A stretch of DNA of 52,096 nt from a virus (IMGVR_UViG_3300033463_000001:275298-327393); one strand, 5' to 3'; shown: positions 9,567 to 18,642, numbered from the stretch's first letter. The notes: generated by a model not told the origin, from the letters alone. A program made the numbers and translations.

Positions 9567-10397
9567 ATGGCAAAGGAAATTACAGTAAGGGATGTGCGCA
9601 AGCAAATCCAGGAAACGGCAAAGAGTGAGTTCAAGCCCGTTCTCGGCACCAATGTTGAGAAGGACGAGAAGAAACAGAACTCGGAAGCCTACTCTGACGC
9701 AGCAAAACGTGTTCAGGAGTATCTGAAAGGCCTAGAGAATGAGGGTTCTACAGGAAACAAAGCCGCAGCTGGCGGTGAGAATCGTGGTATGACATCCTTG
9801 CTCTATGACCAAATTGCAGATAACTTCAAGGAGCGTGTAAAAGCGCAGTTAAAAGGCTATGACAGTACTGAGGCTGAAAAGCTGCACAAAGACGATGAGA
9901 AAGCAGCGAAATTCGGCACCGATGACGACGTTAAAGCAATGAAGGACATTGCTGATGTTGTCAAGAAAGAAAAAGACGAGCTCAAGACGCAGGGTTTGGT
10001 TGGTAGTAAGCAAGACAAGAAAGAGGTTGAGAAACACACTCACACAGCTCTTGGTGAGAACCAACAAGTAATGCGCTTGCGTTTCAAACACACTCAATTC
10101 CTGAGTGAGAATGACATGCGCAAGCATATTCCTGATAACTATAAGGTTGAAGGTAAGAAATTCTACATGACAGATAACGCCGGTAACGACTATCTGGTAG
10201 AATGGTCATATGGTAAGGCAAATGTGCTGTCTGCAAATAACGAGGCTAAAGTAAATGAGCAAGTCGCTAAGATGAAGAAACTCATGAATTACGATGGCCA
10301 CGCAGACTATGCAACAAGTGATATCTACCTTAGGGAAAGTGCTGACAACGGCATGAACGACGTGTTACGCAAAATGCGTACTATATGTTCTAAGTAA
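9567..10397 (+). CDS. hypothetical protein (putative internal head protein)
   Basis: Charged 276-aa ORF with VNEQVAKMKKLMNY-type segment; in putative late operon. Confidence 0.7.
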   Translation: MAKEITVRDVRKQIQETAKSEFKPVLGTNVEKDEKKQNSEAYSDAAKRVQEYLKGLENEGSTGNKAAAGGENRGMTSLLYDQIADNFKERVKAQLKGYDSTEAEKLHKDDEKAAKFGTDDDVKAMKDIADVVKKEKDELKTQGLVGSKQDKKEVEKHTHTALGENQQVMRLRFKHTQFLSENDMRKHIPDNYKVEGKKFYMTDNAGNDYLVEWSYGKANVLSANNEAKVNEQVAKMKKLMNYDGHADYATSDIYLRESADNGMNDVLRKMRTICSK

Positions 10398-10411
10398 CTC
10401 AATCAACCGCC

Positions 10412-10651
10412 ATGACAAAGGAAGAACGCGCGACGTATGAGAAGAAGGCAACGTGGCAAATGTGGATTGCCTCTGTTACACTGCTTGTTGGATTGGGATT
10501 ATTAATTGGTTCTTTCGTAGTACCACCTCCGGGAGAAATCCACCCATCAGTACTTGCAGCATTTGGTGAAGTCTTATCGTTTGTAGGAGCAATCATCGGT
10601 ATTGACTACTCTTATAAGAAGAAAAGGCTTGAGTATGAAGAAGAAAAATAA
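10412..10651 (+). CDS. small two-TM membrane protein, holin-like
   Basis: Two hydrophobic helices around a PPPGEIHPS loop and charged C-tail; late block near spanin-like gene. Confidence 0.5.
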   Translation: MTKEERATYEKKATWQMWIASVTLLVGLGLLIGSFVVPPPGEIHPSVLAAFGEVLSFVGAIIGIDYSYKKKRLEYEEEK

Positions 10652-10665
10652 GAAAAAATTAAGGG

Positions 10666-11454
10666 ATGACAAACGATAACACGCAGGTTGTTCGTATCAC
10701 AACCGAACAACTTAAACAACGAGTAACAGAGGGGGTTATTCGTCTCCTGAAAGAAATAGCAGAAAGCGAAGAGACTCCGGCTGTATACGTTGGCACATAT
10801 GGTAAATATAACAACGGTTCAATCGCTGGTAAATGGGTTGACTTAACTCAATACGATAACTACGAAGACCTCATGCAGGCATTCCATGAAATCCACAAAG
10901 ACGAAAGTGACCCGGAATTGATGTACCAGGATTGGGAATATATCCCTGACATCTTTATCTCAGAGAGCCATATCAGCGATAGGATTTACGATTACATCAA
11001 CGAACGTGACGACCTTAGTTTCGATGCAAAGATGGCCATCGCAGACCATTGTAGTGACGAGGATGAGTACTTTAGGGTACTTGATGATGTAATTCTCTTC
11101 CCTGGCTGTAAGGATATGCAAGACGTTGCAGACCAATACATCGAAATGTGCGGTGGTCTTGAATATGCAGTTCAGAACCTGCAGGACTATTTCGATTATG
11201 AGGCATTCGGACGCGATGTACGTTTCGAGGGTAACTATGACTCAGACGAATACGGTAGCATCTACGAATACTGGGGTCTTCCGGAGGATGCATCTGACGA
11301 AGAACTAGGTGAGGCTATCGTTAACGAAGTAGGATGGGAAGGCGTTGGTGAACGCAACCTTCAAACATACTTCGATTACAATAGGTTCGGACGCGCGCTG
11401 GAATCTGAAGGAACATTCGTTGAGTATTCTGACGGTTTCATCGAAATCATATAA
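10666..11454 (+). CDS. ardA: antirestriction protein ArdA (DNA mimic), extended
   Basis: VYVGTYGKYNNGSIAGKWVDL, DPELMYQDWEYIP, YFDYEAFGRD motifs; very acidic; extra N-leader and duplicated YFDY..FGR unit. Confidence 0.88.
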   Translation: MTNDNTQVVRITTEQLKQRVTEGVIRLLKEIAESEETPAVYVGTYGKYNNGSIAGKWVDLTQYDNYEDLMQAFHEIHKDESDPELMYQDWEYIPDIFISESHISDRIYDYINERDDLSFDAKMAIADHCSDEDEYFRVLDDVILFPGCKDMQDVADQYIEMCGGLEYAVQNLQDYFDYEAFGRDVRFEGNYDSDEYGSIYEYWGLPEDASDEELGEAIVNEVGWEGVGERNLQTYFDYNRFGRALESEGTFVEYSDGFIEII

Positions 11455-11471
11455 GATAACACTATCAAATT

Positions 11472-11503
11472 GGAGCCATCTATGATATAGGTGGCTCTTC
11501 TTG
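11472..11503 (+). terminator. Rho-independent terminator-like hairpin
   Basis: GAGCCATCTAT-gat-ATAGGTGGCTC followed by weak T-rich tail. Confidence 0.6.
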
Positions 11504-11523
11504 TCTAAAAACATAACATATAT

Positions 11524-12270
11524 ATGGAAAAGGTTAAAAACTACGCGATACTTGTTTTATCTATCGCCGTGATTGTATTCATTCTGCTGTTTAATTGGAA
11601 AAATAACCAGTGTTCGCTTGCTCAACATAACCTCGATGCACTCAACGATACACTAACTGTTGTTCGCATGGAGAACAATGAGTTGCTTGCCTATAAGAAG
11701 TCGTTGGTTCTACAAATATCTGACCTTGAGAAGTACACATCAATCAAAGAGTCAGAAGTGAAGCGTCTCCAGAAGGAATTGGGGCAGAAAATTAAGTATA
11801 TCGCAGAGATTGAGAGCCAGATACGCCACGACACAATAAACACACAGCAAGATTCTGTTGTTGCCGTTGACACAACTACATATCAGTACCATTTTTCCGA
11901 AAGGACACCATATTATGCCCTGGCGGGATTTACAAGAGTTAACCATTTAACGCATATGTCACATACTGTAATCACTGAGAATACCATGCCTCTCAATTTA
12001 CGTGTTGGACTTGGTGAAGACTGGACTATATTCGTTAATAGTGATAATCCTAATGTGGTGATTGGTAGCATCACCGGTGCGCATCTTAACCCGAAGGAGT
12101 TTGAAAAAGAAAAATACGGTCATTTATCCATTGGATTCCAGAGCGGATTAGGTGGAACAGTAAACTATGGCCTACAGTTCTCCAACGACGGAATTATACG
12201 CCACGGATGGAATGTTGGTGCCGGATGGTACTTCGGATTAGGTTTTCAGTATATTTTTATTGTGTTTTAG
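11524..12270 (+). CDS. membrane-anchored coiled-coil protein, spanin-like
   Basis: N-terminal TM, coiled coil, Gly/aromatic beta-strand C-terminus ending in Phe. Confidence 0.5.
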   Translation: MEKVKNYAILVLSIAVIVFILLFNWKNNQCSLAQHNLDALNDTLTVVRMENNELLAYKKSLVLQISDLEKYTSIKESEVKRLQKELGQKIKYIAEIESQIRHDTINTQQDSVVAVDTTTYQYHFSERTPYYALAGFTRVNHLTHMSHTVITENTMPLNLRVGLGEDWTIFVNSDNPNVVIGSITGAHLNPKEFEKEKYGHLSIGFQSGLGGTVNYGLQFSNDGIIRHGWNVGAGWYFGLGFQYIFIVF

Positions 12271-12289
12271 TTGTTTATTCTGATAATTG

Positions 12290-12301
12290 GGACTATATTA
12301 G
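12290..12301 (+). promoter_or_regulatory. phage promoter motif GGACTATATTAG
   Basis: Exact motif upstream of ATG 12325. Confidence 0.75.
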
Positions 12302-12324
12302 TGCTAGAATAAACAATTGCGATA

Positions 12325-12522
12325 ATGTTATATACATTTTTACATTTCATTGCAGTATTTCTGCTTGTATTTGGGTGTGTAGTAATTTTGCGCGACCTGT
12401 TCTCGTTTATTTGGTCGTTCGTTAAAGCCACACCAATTCAATTCACGACCGCCAGGAGAATCGTGCTTGCGTTGTCCCTGGCATATGTATTCAGTAGTAT
12501 ATTTGTAGGACTGCCATGTTAG
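12325..12522 (+). CDS. small membrane protein
   Basis: Two hydrophobic segments; follows promoter motif. Confidence 0.65.
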   Translation: MLYTFLHFIAVFLLVFGCVVILRDLFSFIWSFVKATPIQFTTARRIVLALSLAYVFSSIFVGLPC

Positions 12523-13184
12523 ACGATAAAGAATTACTGAAATACGTAAAAGGGTTCTCCGAGGATGACGGGCGATATATAGTCGTAGTGCGCTTTAAGG
12601 AGAAATGGCAACCGTTCACCAACAACGATGGTGTTATCGAGTCCATGCGCGACCCGAACGACACAACACTTTGCTATTATAGTGGCGATGTAGATAAGGT
12701 AGAACTATCTGCCATCTACGAGATGATTTCGCAGGTTGTGAAGATAAACATCGAGGCTGAAGAGAAGATGGATTTGCTTATGCAGAAGATTGAGGAGATG
12801 AAGCGAATCTTTAGCGAGACACCGCTTGAGAAGCTTCGTTGTTTCACATTCACATTTGCAGACCAACCGGTTCCGGTTAACAAGGCCGTAAGTACGGAAA
12901 AACCGAAGATTCCTTCTATTAACGAAGCAAAGAAAATGTTACCGCTTGACGAAACAACCGATGAGGCTGCTAATCCAAGCAAGCAAAGTCCGTTTCGCAA
13001 AGCTGCTGCAAACAGTAAGGTTGGCCGTAAAAAAGCTGGTACACCGAAACCGATGAATGTTAACGCGATGCCGACTATGAGTGTTCAGCACCAGATACCG
13101 GCAGGACAGCAACAACAAGCTCCGCGTGTTCCTGGGCTGCTCTCTAGTGAGGATGTTGACAAATTAGCTGAAATGGGATATTGA
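12516..13184 (+). CDS. hypothetical protein
   Basis: ORF with coiled coil and low-complexity tail. Confidence 0.7.
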   Translation: MLDDKELLKYVKGFSEDDGRYIVVVRFKEKWQPFTNNDGVIESMRDPNDTTLCYYSGDVDKVELSAIYEMISQVVKINIEAEEKMDLLMQKIEEMKRIFSETPLEKLRCFTFTFADQPVPVNKAVSTEKPKIPSINEAKKMLPLDETTDEAANPSKQSPFRKAAANSKVGRKKAGTPKPMNVNAMPTMSVQHQIPAGQQQQAPRVPGLLSSEDVDKLAEMGY

Positions 13185-13185
13185 T

Positions 13186-13575
13186 ATGGGGTATTTTTTT
13201 GTATTTATGCTCTATGCCTTGCTGGCTTATGGTTTAACTAACCTTCTTGTAAACGGAAGAGGTCCTTTCGGTATCCTTACGTGGTTCAGGAAGGTTGCAA
13301 ACCGTTTTAGCCATGAATTAGGTAAGATGCTTGAGTGTATGATGTGCACGTCAACCAATGTCGGCCTTATTTTATCGGTTATTGACTTGTGCCTTGCCGG
13401 CGTTGCTTTCACTCCATTCAATGTGATATTCCCGTCCGCGTATTGGTGGCTGATTATCCCGTTTGACATGTTCATCACCTCAGGAATTGTGTGGATTATC
13501 AATGCCGTTGAGCTTTGGTTCGAGGATAAGCAGCTGTACATAGACGTTAATACCGGTGATAATAATCAGGAGTAA
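13186..13575 (+). CDS. membrane protein, DUF1360-like
   Basis: Hydrophobic helices with central L.CxxC motif (ECMMC). Confidence 0.55.
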   Translation: MGYFFVFMLYALLAYGLTNLLVNGRGPFGILTWFRKVANRFSHELGKMLECMMCTSTNVGLILSVIDLCLAGVAFTPFNVIFPSAYWWLIIPFDMFITSGIVWIINAVELWFEDKQLYIDVNTGDNNQE

Positions 13576-13577
13576 CA

Positions 13578-13778
13578 ATGGACTACGAAGGTTTAGCAAA
13601 AGAATGGAAAAGCGTTAGTAGGGAAAGGAAAATGCTTGAGGAGAATATCAAAGTTCGCCAGAGTGTTTTCGCAGAGGAGTTGCTGGCGCGTGAGAACGAG
13701 ATTCACGAAGCCATGACTCACGTACCAACCTTTAAAGAAAAGCTGATGCATCGCATTAAAATTGTGTTTGGATTATGA
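13578..13778 (+). CDS. hypothetical protein
   Basis: Translationally coupled ORF. Confidence 0.65.
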   Translation: MDYEGLAKEWKSVSRERKMLEENIKVRQSVFAEELLARENEIHEAMTHVPTFKEKLMHRIKIVFGL

Positions 13779-14104
13779 CAGCAAAACAACTAATGGAAGT
13801 TGGTGAAAAGCTCAATGTTGACTTGGATGGTTTAGGTCTGGCAAAGAAACCTGAGCTGTATCTTGTTGTCACAAAGGATGAGTTTGAGAAATTGGACTTC
13901 CAGGTATATTACTCTCTGAATAAAACAGCTAACGGCTACGAGCAATCGGAGGATGAGTTAGTATTGAACTTTGTTAACTGTATAGTGCATATTTTCTATG
14001 ACCAAGAAAAAGCAGAAGACGCTCAAAGTGATAGAGCCGTTAAAACCGAAACTAAGAAGAAGAGATTTTCCTTGCTTTCGTATTTTAAAGGTCGCAAATC
14101 ATAA
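13775..14104 (+). CDS. hypothetical protein
   Basis: ATGA-coupled ORF. Confidence 0.65.
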   Translation: MTAKQLMEVGEKLNVDLDGLGLAKKPELYLVVTKDEFEKLDFQVYYSLNKTANGYEQSEDELVLNFVNCIVHIFYDQEKAEDAQSDRAVKTETKKKRFSLLSYFKGRKS

Positions 14105-14717
14105 GTCAATTGCGTTCATTAAACAGGTATTCTCGCTGGAACGTGCGCTGAGCGTTGTAAAGGATATGAAGGAGCATAATGAGAAAAACATTGTGCTCCC
14201 TATTATGTATACAAAGAGCGGAAGACGTGTTCGTATAGCCAATTTTGAGTATGTTGTTGTTGAGCGTGTAACAAATGGAGGAACACAACCATACACACTC
14301 CTTCGCAACGAATATGGCGAATTGGTTCCGCATTACGTGCGCACGAACAGTAAAAAACAAGATAAATGGCGCATGGTGTATAAGGCTCCTATGGTCATTG
14401 AGGAACGTTTCTCTATTACCAACGCACAAGAGAAGAAAACAGCCACGGAGCTTTACAATGAATATTTGAAACCAATAGTGGACGGTAACATGGCTTTCTG
14501 CCGAATCACAATATCCGGAGAATACATTACACTGGATTACGAAGGAGAATTTGAAGTGATTACCACGAAATGCGAAAGTGACGCCATCCGTCTATACAAT
14601 ACTTTGCAGAAAATGGCTATTAAGAACCACGGAAAACGTATTCTTTGGTGTGGCATCGTCCTCCAGCAAAATTCTGCCAAGTTGAAAAAGAAAATTAGGG
14701 AACGTATTCGAAAATGA
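13998..14717 (+). CDS. hypothetical protein
   Basis: 239-aa ORF; start uncertain (107-nt overlap with upstream gene). Confidence 0.65.
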   Translation: MTKKKQKTLKVIEPLKPKLRRRDFPCFRILKVANHKSIAFIKQVFSLERALSVVKDMKEHNEKNIVLPIMYTKSGRRVRIANFEYVVVERVTNGGTQPYTLLRNEYGELVPHYVRTNSKKQDKWRMVYKAPMVIEERFSITNAQEKKTATELYNEYLKPIVDGNMAFCRITISGEYITLDYEGEFEVITTKCESDAIRLYNTLQKMAIKNHGKRILWCGIVLQQNSAKLKKKIRERIRK

Positions 14718-14726
14718 TTCTGTCGT

Positions 14727-14736
14727 GTATTTATTG
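14727..14736 (+). promoter_or_regulatory. putative late promoter motif GTATTTATTG
   Basis: Intergenic, upstream of ATG 14754. Confidence 0.6.
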
Positions 14737-14753
14737 CAAAAGAGCAAAAAGAC

Positions 14754-14897
14754 ATGGCATGCAATTGTAAGAGCGGTTCGGTGAATCGAGTACGCACCGT
14801 TAGCGCATCTCAAAATAACATTCGTCGTACTCCAACGCAAAGCGGTAACAGGCTTCGCCGGGAAATGGCAAAGCGCATGGTGCGCCGCATCACTTAA
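14754..14897 (+). CDS. small basic protein (47 aa, MACNCK...)
   Basis: Hand translation; Arg-rich, N-terminal CxC; own promoter motif and downstream terminator. Confidence 0.65.
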   Translation: MACNCKSGSVNRVRTVSASQNNIRRTPTQSGNRLRREMAKRMVRRIT

Positions 14898-14925
14898 TTC
14901 TCATGTTTATATAGCATTTTTATAC

Positions 14926-14964
14926 AAAAAACGTCCACTGGATTTGTCCATGTGGATTTTTTTT
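14926..14964. terminator. terminator hairpin with A/T tracts on both sides
   Basis: AAAAAA-cgTCCAC-TGGA-tttg-TCCA-t-GTGGA-TTTTTTT. Confidence 0.65.
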
Positions 14965-14974
14965 ATTATATTTG
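14943..14974 (+). promoter_or_regulatory. Bacteroidetes housekeeping-type promoter
   Basis: TTTG-N20-TATATTTG. Confidence 0.7.
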
Positions 14975-15046
14975 CACTGATTTTTGCAAGTCGAGATGAC
15001 AAAAGAACTGAATTCGAAAGAAAAAATAAAGAAAAACGTCAAAAGA

Positions 15047-15078
15047 TTTGCATATTTGAAAAAATTTACTTATATTTG
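15047..15078 (+). promoter_or_regulatory. Bacteroidetes housekeeping-type promoter
   Basis: TTTG-N20-TATATTTG upstream of sigma #2. Confidence 0.8.
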
Positions 15079-15116
15079 CATCGATTTTTGAAAACAACTG
15101 TTTAATTGTATTGCAT

Positions 15117-16022
15117 ATGGCAGCATTTTATTTCGACTTTAAAGACAACAACCCCGTAGAAAGAACTGAAGCATTCAATGCTTATAGTAAGGAAATTAAG
15201 AAGTACCCCCGCCTGAGCGATGAAGAGATTGACGCTCTCATTACTCGTATGAACGAGACAGACGATGAAAACCTGAAGCGCGACATCCGGGATAGCATCA
15301 TTATGGCACACCAGCAACTGCTTATCTCCCTTTCTAAGCGCTATGCTAACACTGAAAACGTAGACCAGCTTGATTTAATCAATGAGGGTGTATTTGGTCT
15401 TATCAAGGCTATTGAGAAGTACAAACCAGGCGCTGGTTCGAAGTTTTATTCGTACGCAGCTGACTGGGTTCGTGATGAAATGTCTAAAGCTACATATGCC
15501 GCTCCCATTGTGAAGACTGGCGGTAAGAAGTATTTCACTGTATTCACTAAGTGCTACGACCGACTTGCTGAACAGTATGAGGGATATGTTCCTGACGATT
15601 TACTTCTTGAGGAAATCAACAAAGAGGTGCATGAGAGTGACCGTATTGCGTCTCTTAGTACTGCTACTCTGGCTATGTCTGTCGGATATAGTGAGTTCTG
15701 CGACAAATCGGATAAGTTTTCTGATATGTCATGTACCGGCGTTGACTCGCTGATTACTGGCCGTCCGTATTGGGAAGGTCTCAGCGATACAGAATCAAGT
15801 GTTGATGCAGATGACCAGAAACGTCTGGTTAAACTCGCATTGGGTTCTATCAAGAATAAAAAAGACAAAGAGTTGATTTGCGACCTGTATGGTATCGACC
15901 GCCCGCAGATGGGTTACGAAATGGCCGCATGGAAGTATGGCACATCAGAAGTGACTGTGAAAAAGCGCGAGAAGAAGGCGCTGGAAGCTATGAAGACAAA
16001 GCTTTCGAAAATGGCGTTATAA
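15117..16022 (+). CDS. sigma-70 family RNA polymerase sigma factor (sigma #2)
   Basis: AYSKEIKKYPRLS, RDSIIMAHQQLLISLSKRY, DLINEGVFGLIKAIEKY, FYSYAADWV, region 4 VKKREKKALEAMK. Confidence 0.88.
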   Translation: MAAFYFDFKDNNPVERTEAFNAYSKEIKKYPRLSDEEIDALITRMNETDDENLKRDIRDSIIMAHQQLLISLSKRYANTENVDQLDLINEGVFGLIKAIEKYKPGAGSKFYSYAADWVRDEMSKATYAAPIVKTGGKKYFTVFTKCYDRLAEQYEGYVPDDLLLEEINKEVHESDRIASLSTATLAMSVGYSEFCDKSDKFSDMSCTGVDSLITGRPYWEGLSDTESSVDADDQKRLVKLALGSIKNKKDKELICDLYGIDRPQMGYEMAAWKYGTSEVTVKKREKKALEAMKTKLSKMAL

Positions 16023-16032
16023 TAGTAATAAA

Positions 16033-16059
16033 AAAAGGTTTGAGAGCATCAAACCTTTT
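16033..16059. terminator. bidirectional terminator
   Basis: AAAAGGTTTGA-gagca-TCAAACCTTTT between convergent genes. Confidence 0.75.
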
Positions 16060-16390
16060 CTCTTGCCATTGCGGCTAGAAGTTTCCTAGCGACTTTCTTT
16101 GGCATATCGTATTTCACCCAACCTTGTTTTCCGTTGTGAACACCACCATTGATATAGCGGTTTGCAAGTGACTGTGAAATACCAGCCTCGCGAGCGATTG
16201 CAGATACGTTTACAATATGTTTACCGTCATCTGTAGTTACCTTGTTCTTAATACTCATCTGGTCACGCTTGGAGATTGCGTGTGAGGAATCTTCTGTGCT
16301 TTTCTTTTTCGGAGCTTTCTTCTTTTTCTCCGTGATGTAGCGCTCAGTCTCTTCCCGGATGATTTGTTCAATACGTACGTCTGATATCAT
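16049..16390 (-). CDS. basic HTH-containing protein
   Basis: NVSAIAREAGISQSLANRYING helix-turn-helix; Lys-rich linker. Confidence 0.7.
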   Translation of the reverse strand: MISDVRIEQIIREETERYITEKKKKAPKKKSTEDSSHAISKRDQMSIKNKVTTDDGKHIVNVSAIAREAGISQSLANRYINGGVHNGKQGWVKYDMPKKVARKLLAAMAREKV

Positions 16391-16410
16391 GATATAAGCT
16401 TATTTTCTAA

Positions 16411-16420
16411 CAATAAATAC
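16411..16420 (-). promoter_or_regulatory. putative late promoter motif GTATTTATTG
   Basis: Minus strand, upstream of ATG 16390. Confidence 0.6.
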
Positions 16421-16458
16421 CTATTATTCGAGAAAAACGAACTGAAATCAAAAACTTG

Positions 16459-16470
16459 GGACTATATTAG
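16459..16470 (+). promoter_or_regulatory. phage promoter motif GGACTATATTAG
   Basis: Exact motif upstream of ATG 16495. Confidence 0.75.
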
Positions 16471-16494
16471 TTAAGAATTTTAAACATTAGCAAC

Positions 16495-16785
16495 ATGAAA
16501 AAAACACTTACAATTCAAGAGGCTGTTGACCTGTCTTACAAAAAAGGTTTCGAATGGCTTAGTCATTTTCTGAGTGTATTCCCTAACAACTTCGGCATTA
16601 ACCTATGTGCCGTTGAGTCACTTACATTTGAGTGCGAAGATGATGAGTATGGCCAGTTGACAGACCTACACGTGAAATTCATTCCTACACATGACGAGGA
16701 AGACTATCAAGGAATCAAGGCAAATGGCGGTCCTTGGCCTTGGCTCGTTAAAGGGGAAAATGGTGAGATAAAGTTCGGAAAGTAA
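16495..16785 (+). CDS. hypothetical protein
   Basis: First ORF after promoter motif. Confidence 0.7.
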   Translation: MKKTLTIQEAVDLSYKKGFEWLSHFLSVFPNNFGINLCAVESLTFECEDDEYGQLTDLHVKFIPTHDEEDYQGIKANGGPWPWLVKGENGEIKFGK

Positions 16786-16816
16786 ACTCGTATTACAAAC
16801 AACAACATATTAGTAT

Positions 16817-17254
16817 ATGCAGACTTATTACGAAATTAAGGTGGGTTACAAGACGTCCGACCCGGAAACAAACAAGGACATCAAGGTAAAGGAAACCTAT
16901 ATCATCGACGCTGCTAGCTATGCCGATGCAGAAACGCAGGCATATGAGCTTGCAAAGGAGATTCACGCCGATGATTTCGAGATTAAACGCCAGCAGGCCA
17001 TCAAACTGCTTGACATCCTGAACGACACCAACGAAGAGACTACCGATGACGGTAAGACATGGTTCAAGGTGAAGGTTCGCGGCGTTGACCCGGAGACCGA
17101 GAAACCGCTCAACGGTAAAGTAATGGTTAAGGCCACTAACATTAAGGCAGCAGTTGCGTTCGTTGAAGAGACGTACAAGAACTCGCTTGGTGATTACGCA
17201 TCGGAGGCTGTTAACACTACCGATGTGTTTATTGTGAAACAATACAAGAAGTAA
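16817..17254 (+). CDS. DUF4494-like protein
   Basis: YEIKVGY...KVKETYIIDAASYADAE and WFKVKV pattern of the Bacteroidetes DUF4494 family. Confidence 0.65.
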   Translation: MQTYYEIKVGYKTSDPETNKDIKVKETYIIDAASYADAETQAYELAKEIHADDFEIKRQQAIKLLDILNDTNEETTDDGKTWFKVKVRGVDPETEKPLNGKVMVKATNIKAAVAFVEETYKNSLGDYASEAVNTTDVFIVKQYKK

Positions 17255-18642
17255 TGGAAAGAGAAACTAATATTAAATTGTCAAAACAATACTTCCAGTT
17301 TCTGACGGAAGCAAAGCAACGCCACGATTCCGATTCCAGCATCACATGGAATATGCTCGCCGAGGAGTTCCGTGAGCTCTTTGGCGGCGACATTACCGGT
17401 GATATCCTCCGTAAGCGCTGCGAGTCATGCGCCGAAAAAGAGAACTACGAGGATTACGTTGCAAAGATGCGTAAGAAGGAGAAGGAGTTTGTAGATGATA
17501 CAGACCCTAAATCCATGAAGGAAGAGTACGTTGTAACAAAGGACGGAAAAATCGAGGCAAGTAAGGTTGTTGCCTACGCACAGTCTATCTTCGGAGACAG
17601 GAATAAACTCATGCAGTTCCTCGGATACAGCCCGCTTGAGTGGCAATTCGAGAACCTGCGAGTGTCGTTATACGAAGGCGCAAAGAAGGGTGATGGTGCA
17701 AACCGCCAAATGGCTGCTGTACGTTTCAAACTGAAGCCGCTTAACATGGCACAGGCCAACCTTGAAACGTATGCAATGGCCAGCGATGAACTGTTTAACA
17801 AATACATCAAGGCCAACCCGCGTGTTAACGTTCCGAAGCCGATTATCGAAGATGGTGCACATAAACTGGTATTAGTTCCACCTATCGAGGCGCACCTCGG
17901 TAAGTTGTCTCACTCTATTGAGACCGGTGTCAACTACGACTACAAGATTTGTTCGGCGCGCGTCAGGAAAGTATTTAACGAGATTGTTAACATTCAGGGT
18001 AAAGAGCAGGCAGACCGTTGCCTCATTGTAATTGGCGGAGATTTCTTCAACAGTGAAGGCAATGGAACAACAACAGCAGGAACACCGCAGGAGTCTACGG
18101 ATACCCGTTATGTAAAGATGTTCAATATTGGAGAGCAGCTCTACACGGAAGGTATTGAGATGTTGCGTACCCACTTTAAGTATGTTGAGGTCATGCTTTG
18201 TGCTGGCAATCATAGTCGCTGCGCAGAGTTCGCACTCTATAAGTCATTGAAGTCTTGGTTCCGAACCTGTAATGATGTGCAGTTCAGTGAGGACTACAAG
18301 TTCACCCAATCTCACATGTTTGGTAACACCTGTATGTTCTTCAACCACGGAGACCCAGACCCGAAACGTCTGCATCGCTCCATTGCTGCTGAGTTCCCGG
18401 TTGAGTGGGGAAAGAGTAAGTTCCGTTACTTGTTCGTTGGTCACCTCCATAAGCTTGAGGTTATTGACAACGAGGCTGGTTTATTGGTACACCGCGTACC
18501 GGCCATCTGTGAGAACGACGCATGGCATTACACGAACCGCTTCGGAATTGGAATTGTTCCGATGCATGAGGTAATGGTATTCGATGATGAGTGTGGTATG
18601 ACTGCTACATACTTCATCAACTTCGTTAAAGACAAAAAGTGA
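17254..18642 (+). CDS. calcineurin-like metallophosphoesterase with N-terminal helical extension
   Basis: EAHLGK, GGDFFN, AGNH, FNHGD, VGHLH motifs. Confidence 0.8.
   Translation: MERETNIKLSKQYFQFLTEAKQRHDSDSSITWNMLAEEFRELFGGDITGDILRKRCESCAEKENYEDYVAKMRKKEKEFVDDTDPKSMKEEYVVTKDGKIEASKVVAYAQSIFGDRNKLMQFLGYSPLEWQFENLRVSLYEGAKKGDGANRQMAAVRFKLKPLNMAQANLETYAMASDELFNKYIKANPRVNVPKPIIEDGAHKLVLVPPIEAHLGKLSHSIETGVNYDYKICSARVRKVFNEIVNIQGKEQADRCLIVIGGDFFNSEGNGTTTAGTPQESTDTRYVKMFNIGEQLYTEGIEMLRTHFKYVEVMLCAGNHSRCAEFALYKSLKSWFRTCNDVQFSEDYKFTQSHMFGNTCMFFNHGDPDPKRLHRSIAAEFPVEWGKSKFRYLFVGHLHKLEVIDNEAGLLVHRVPAICENDAWHYTNRFGIGIVPMHEVMVFDDECGMTATYFINFVKDKK

Noticed and set aside
14996-15091. 31-aa ORF MTKELNSKEK...FAYLKKFTYICIDF
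   Set aside because: Its C-terminal half is just the translation of the promoter sequence; no independent support.
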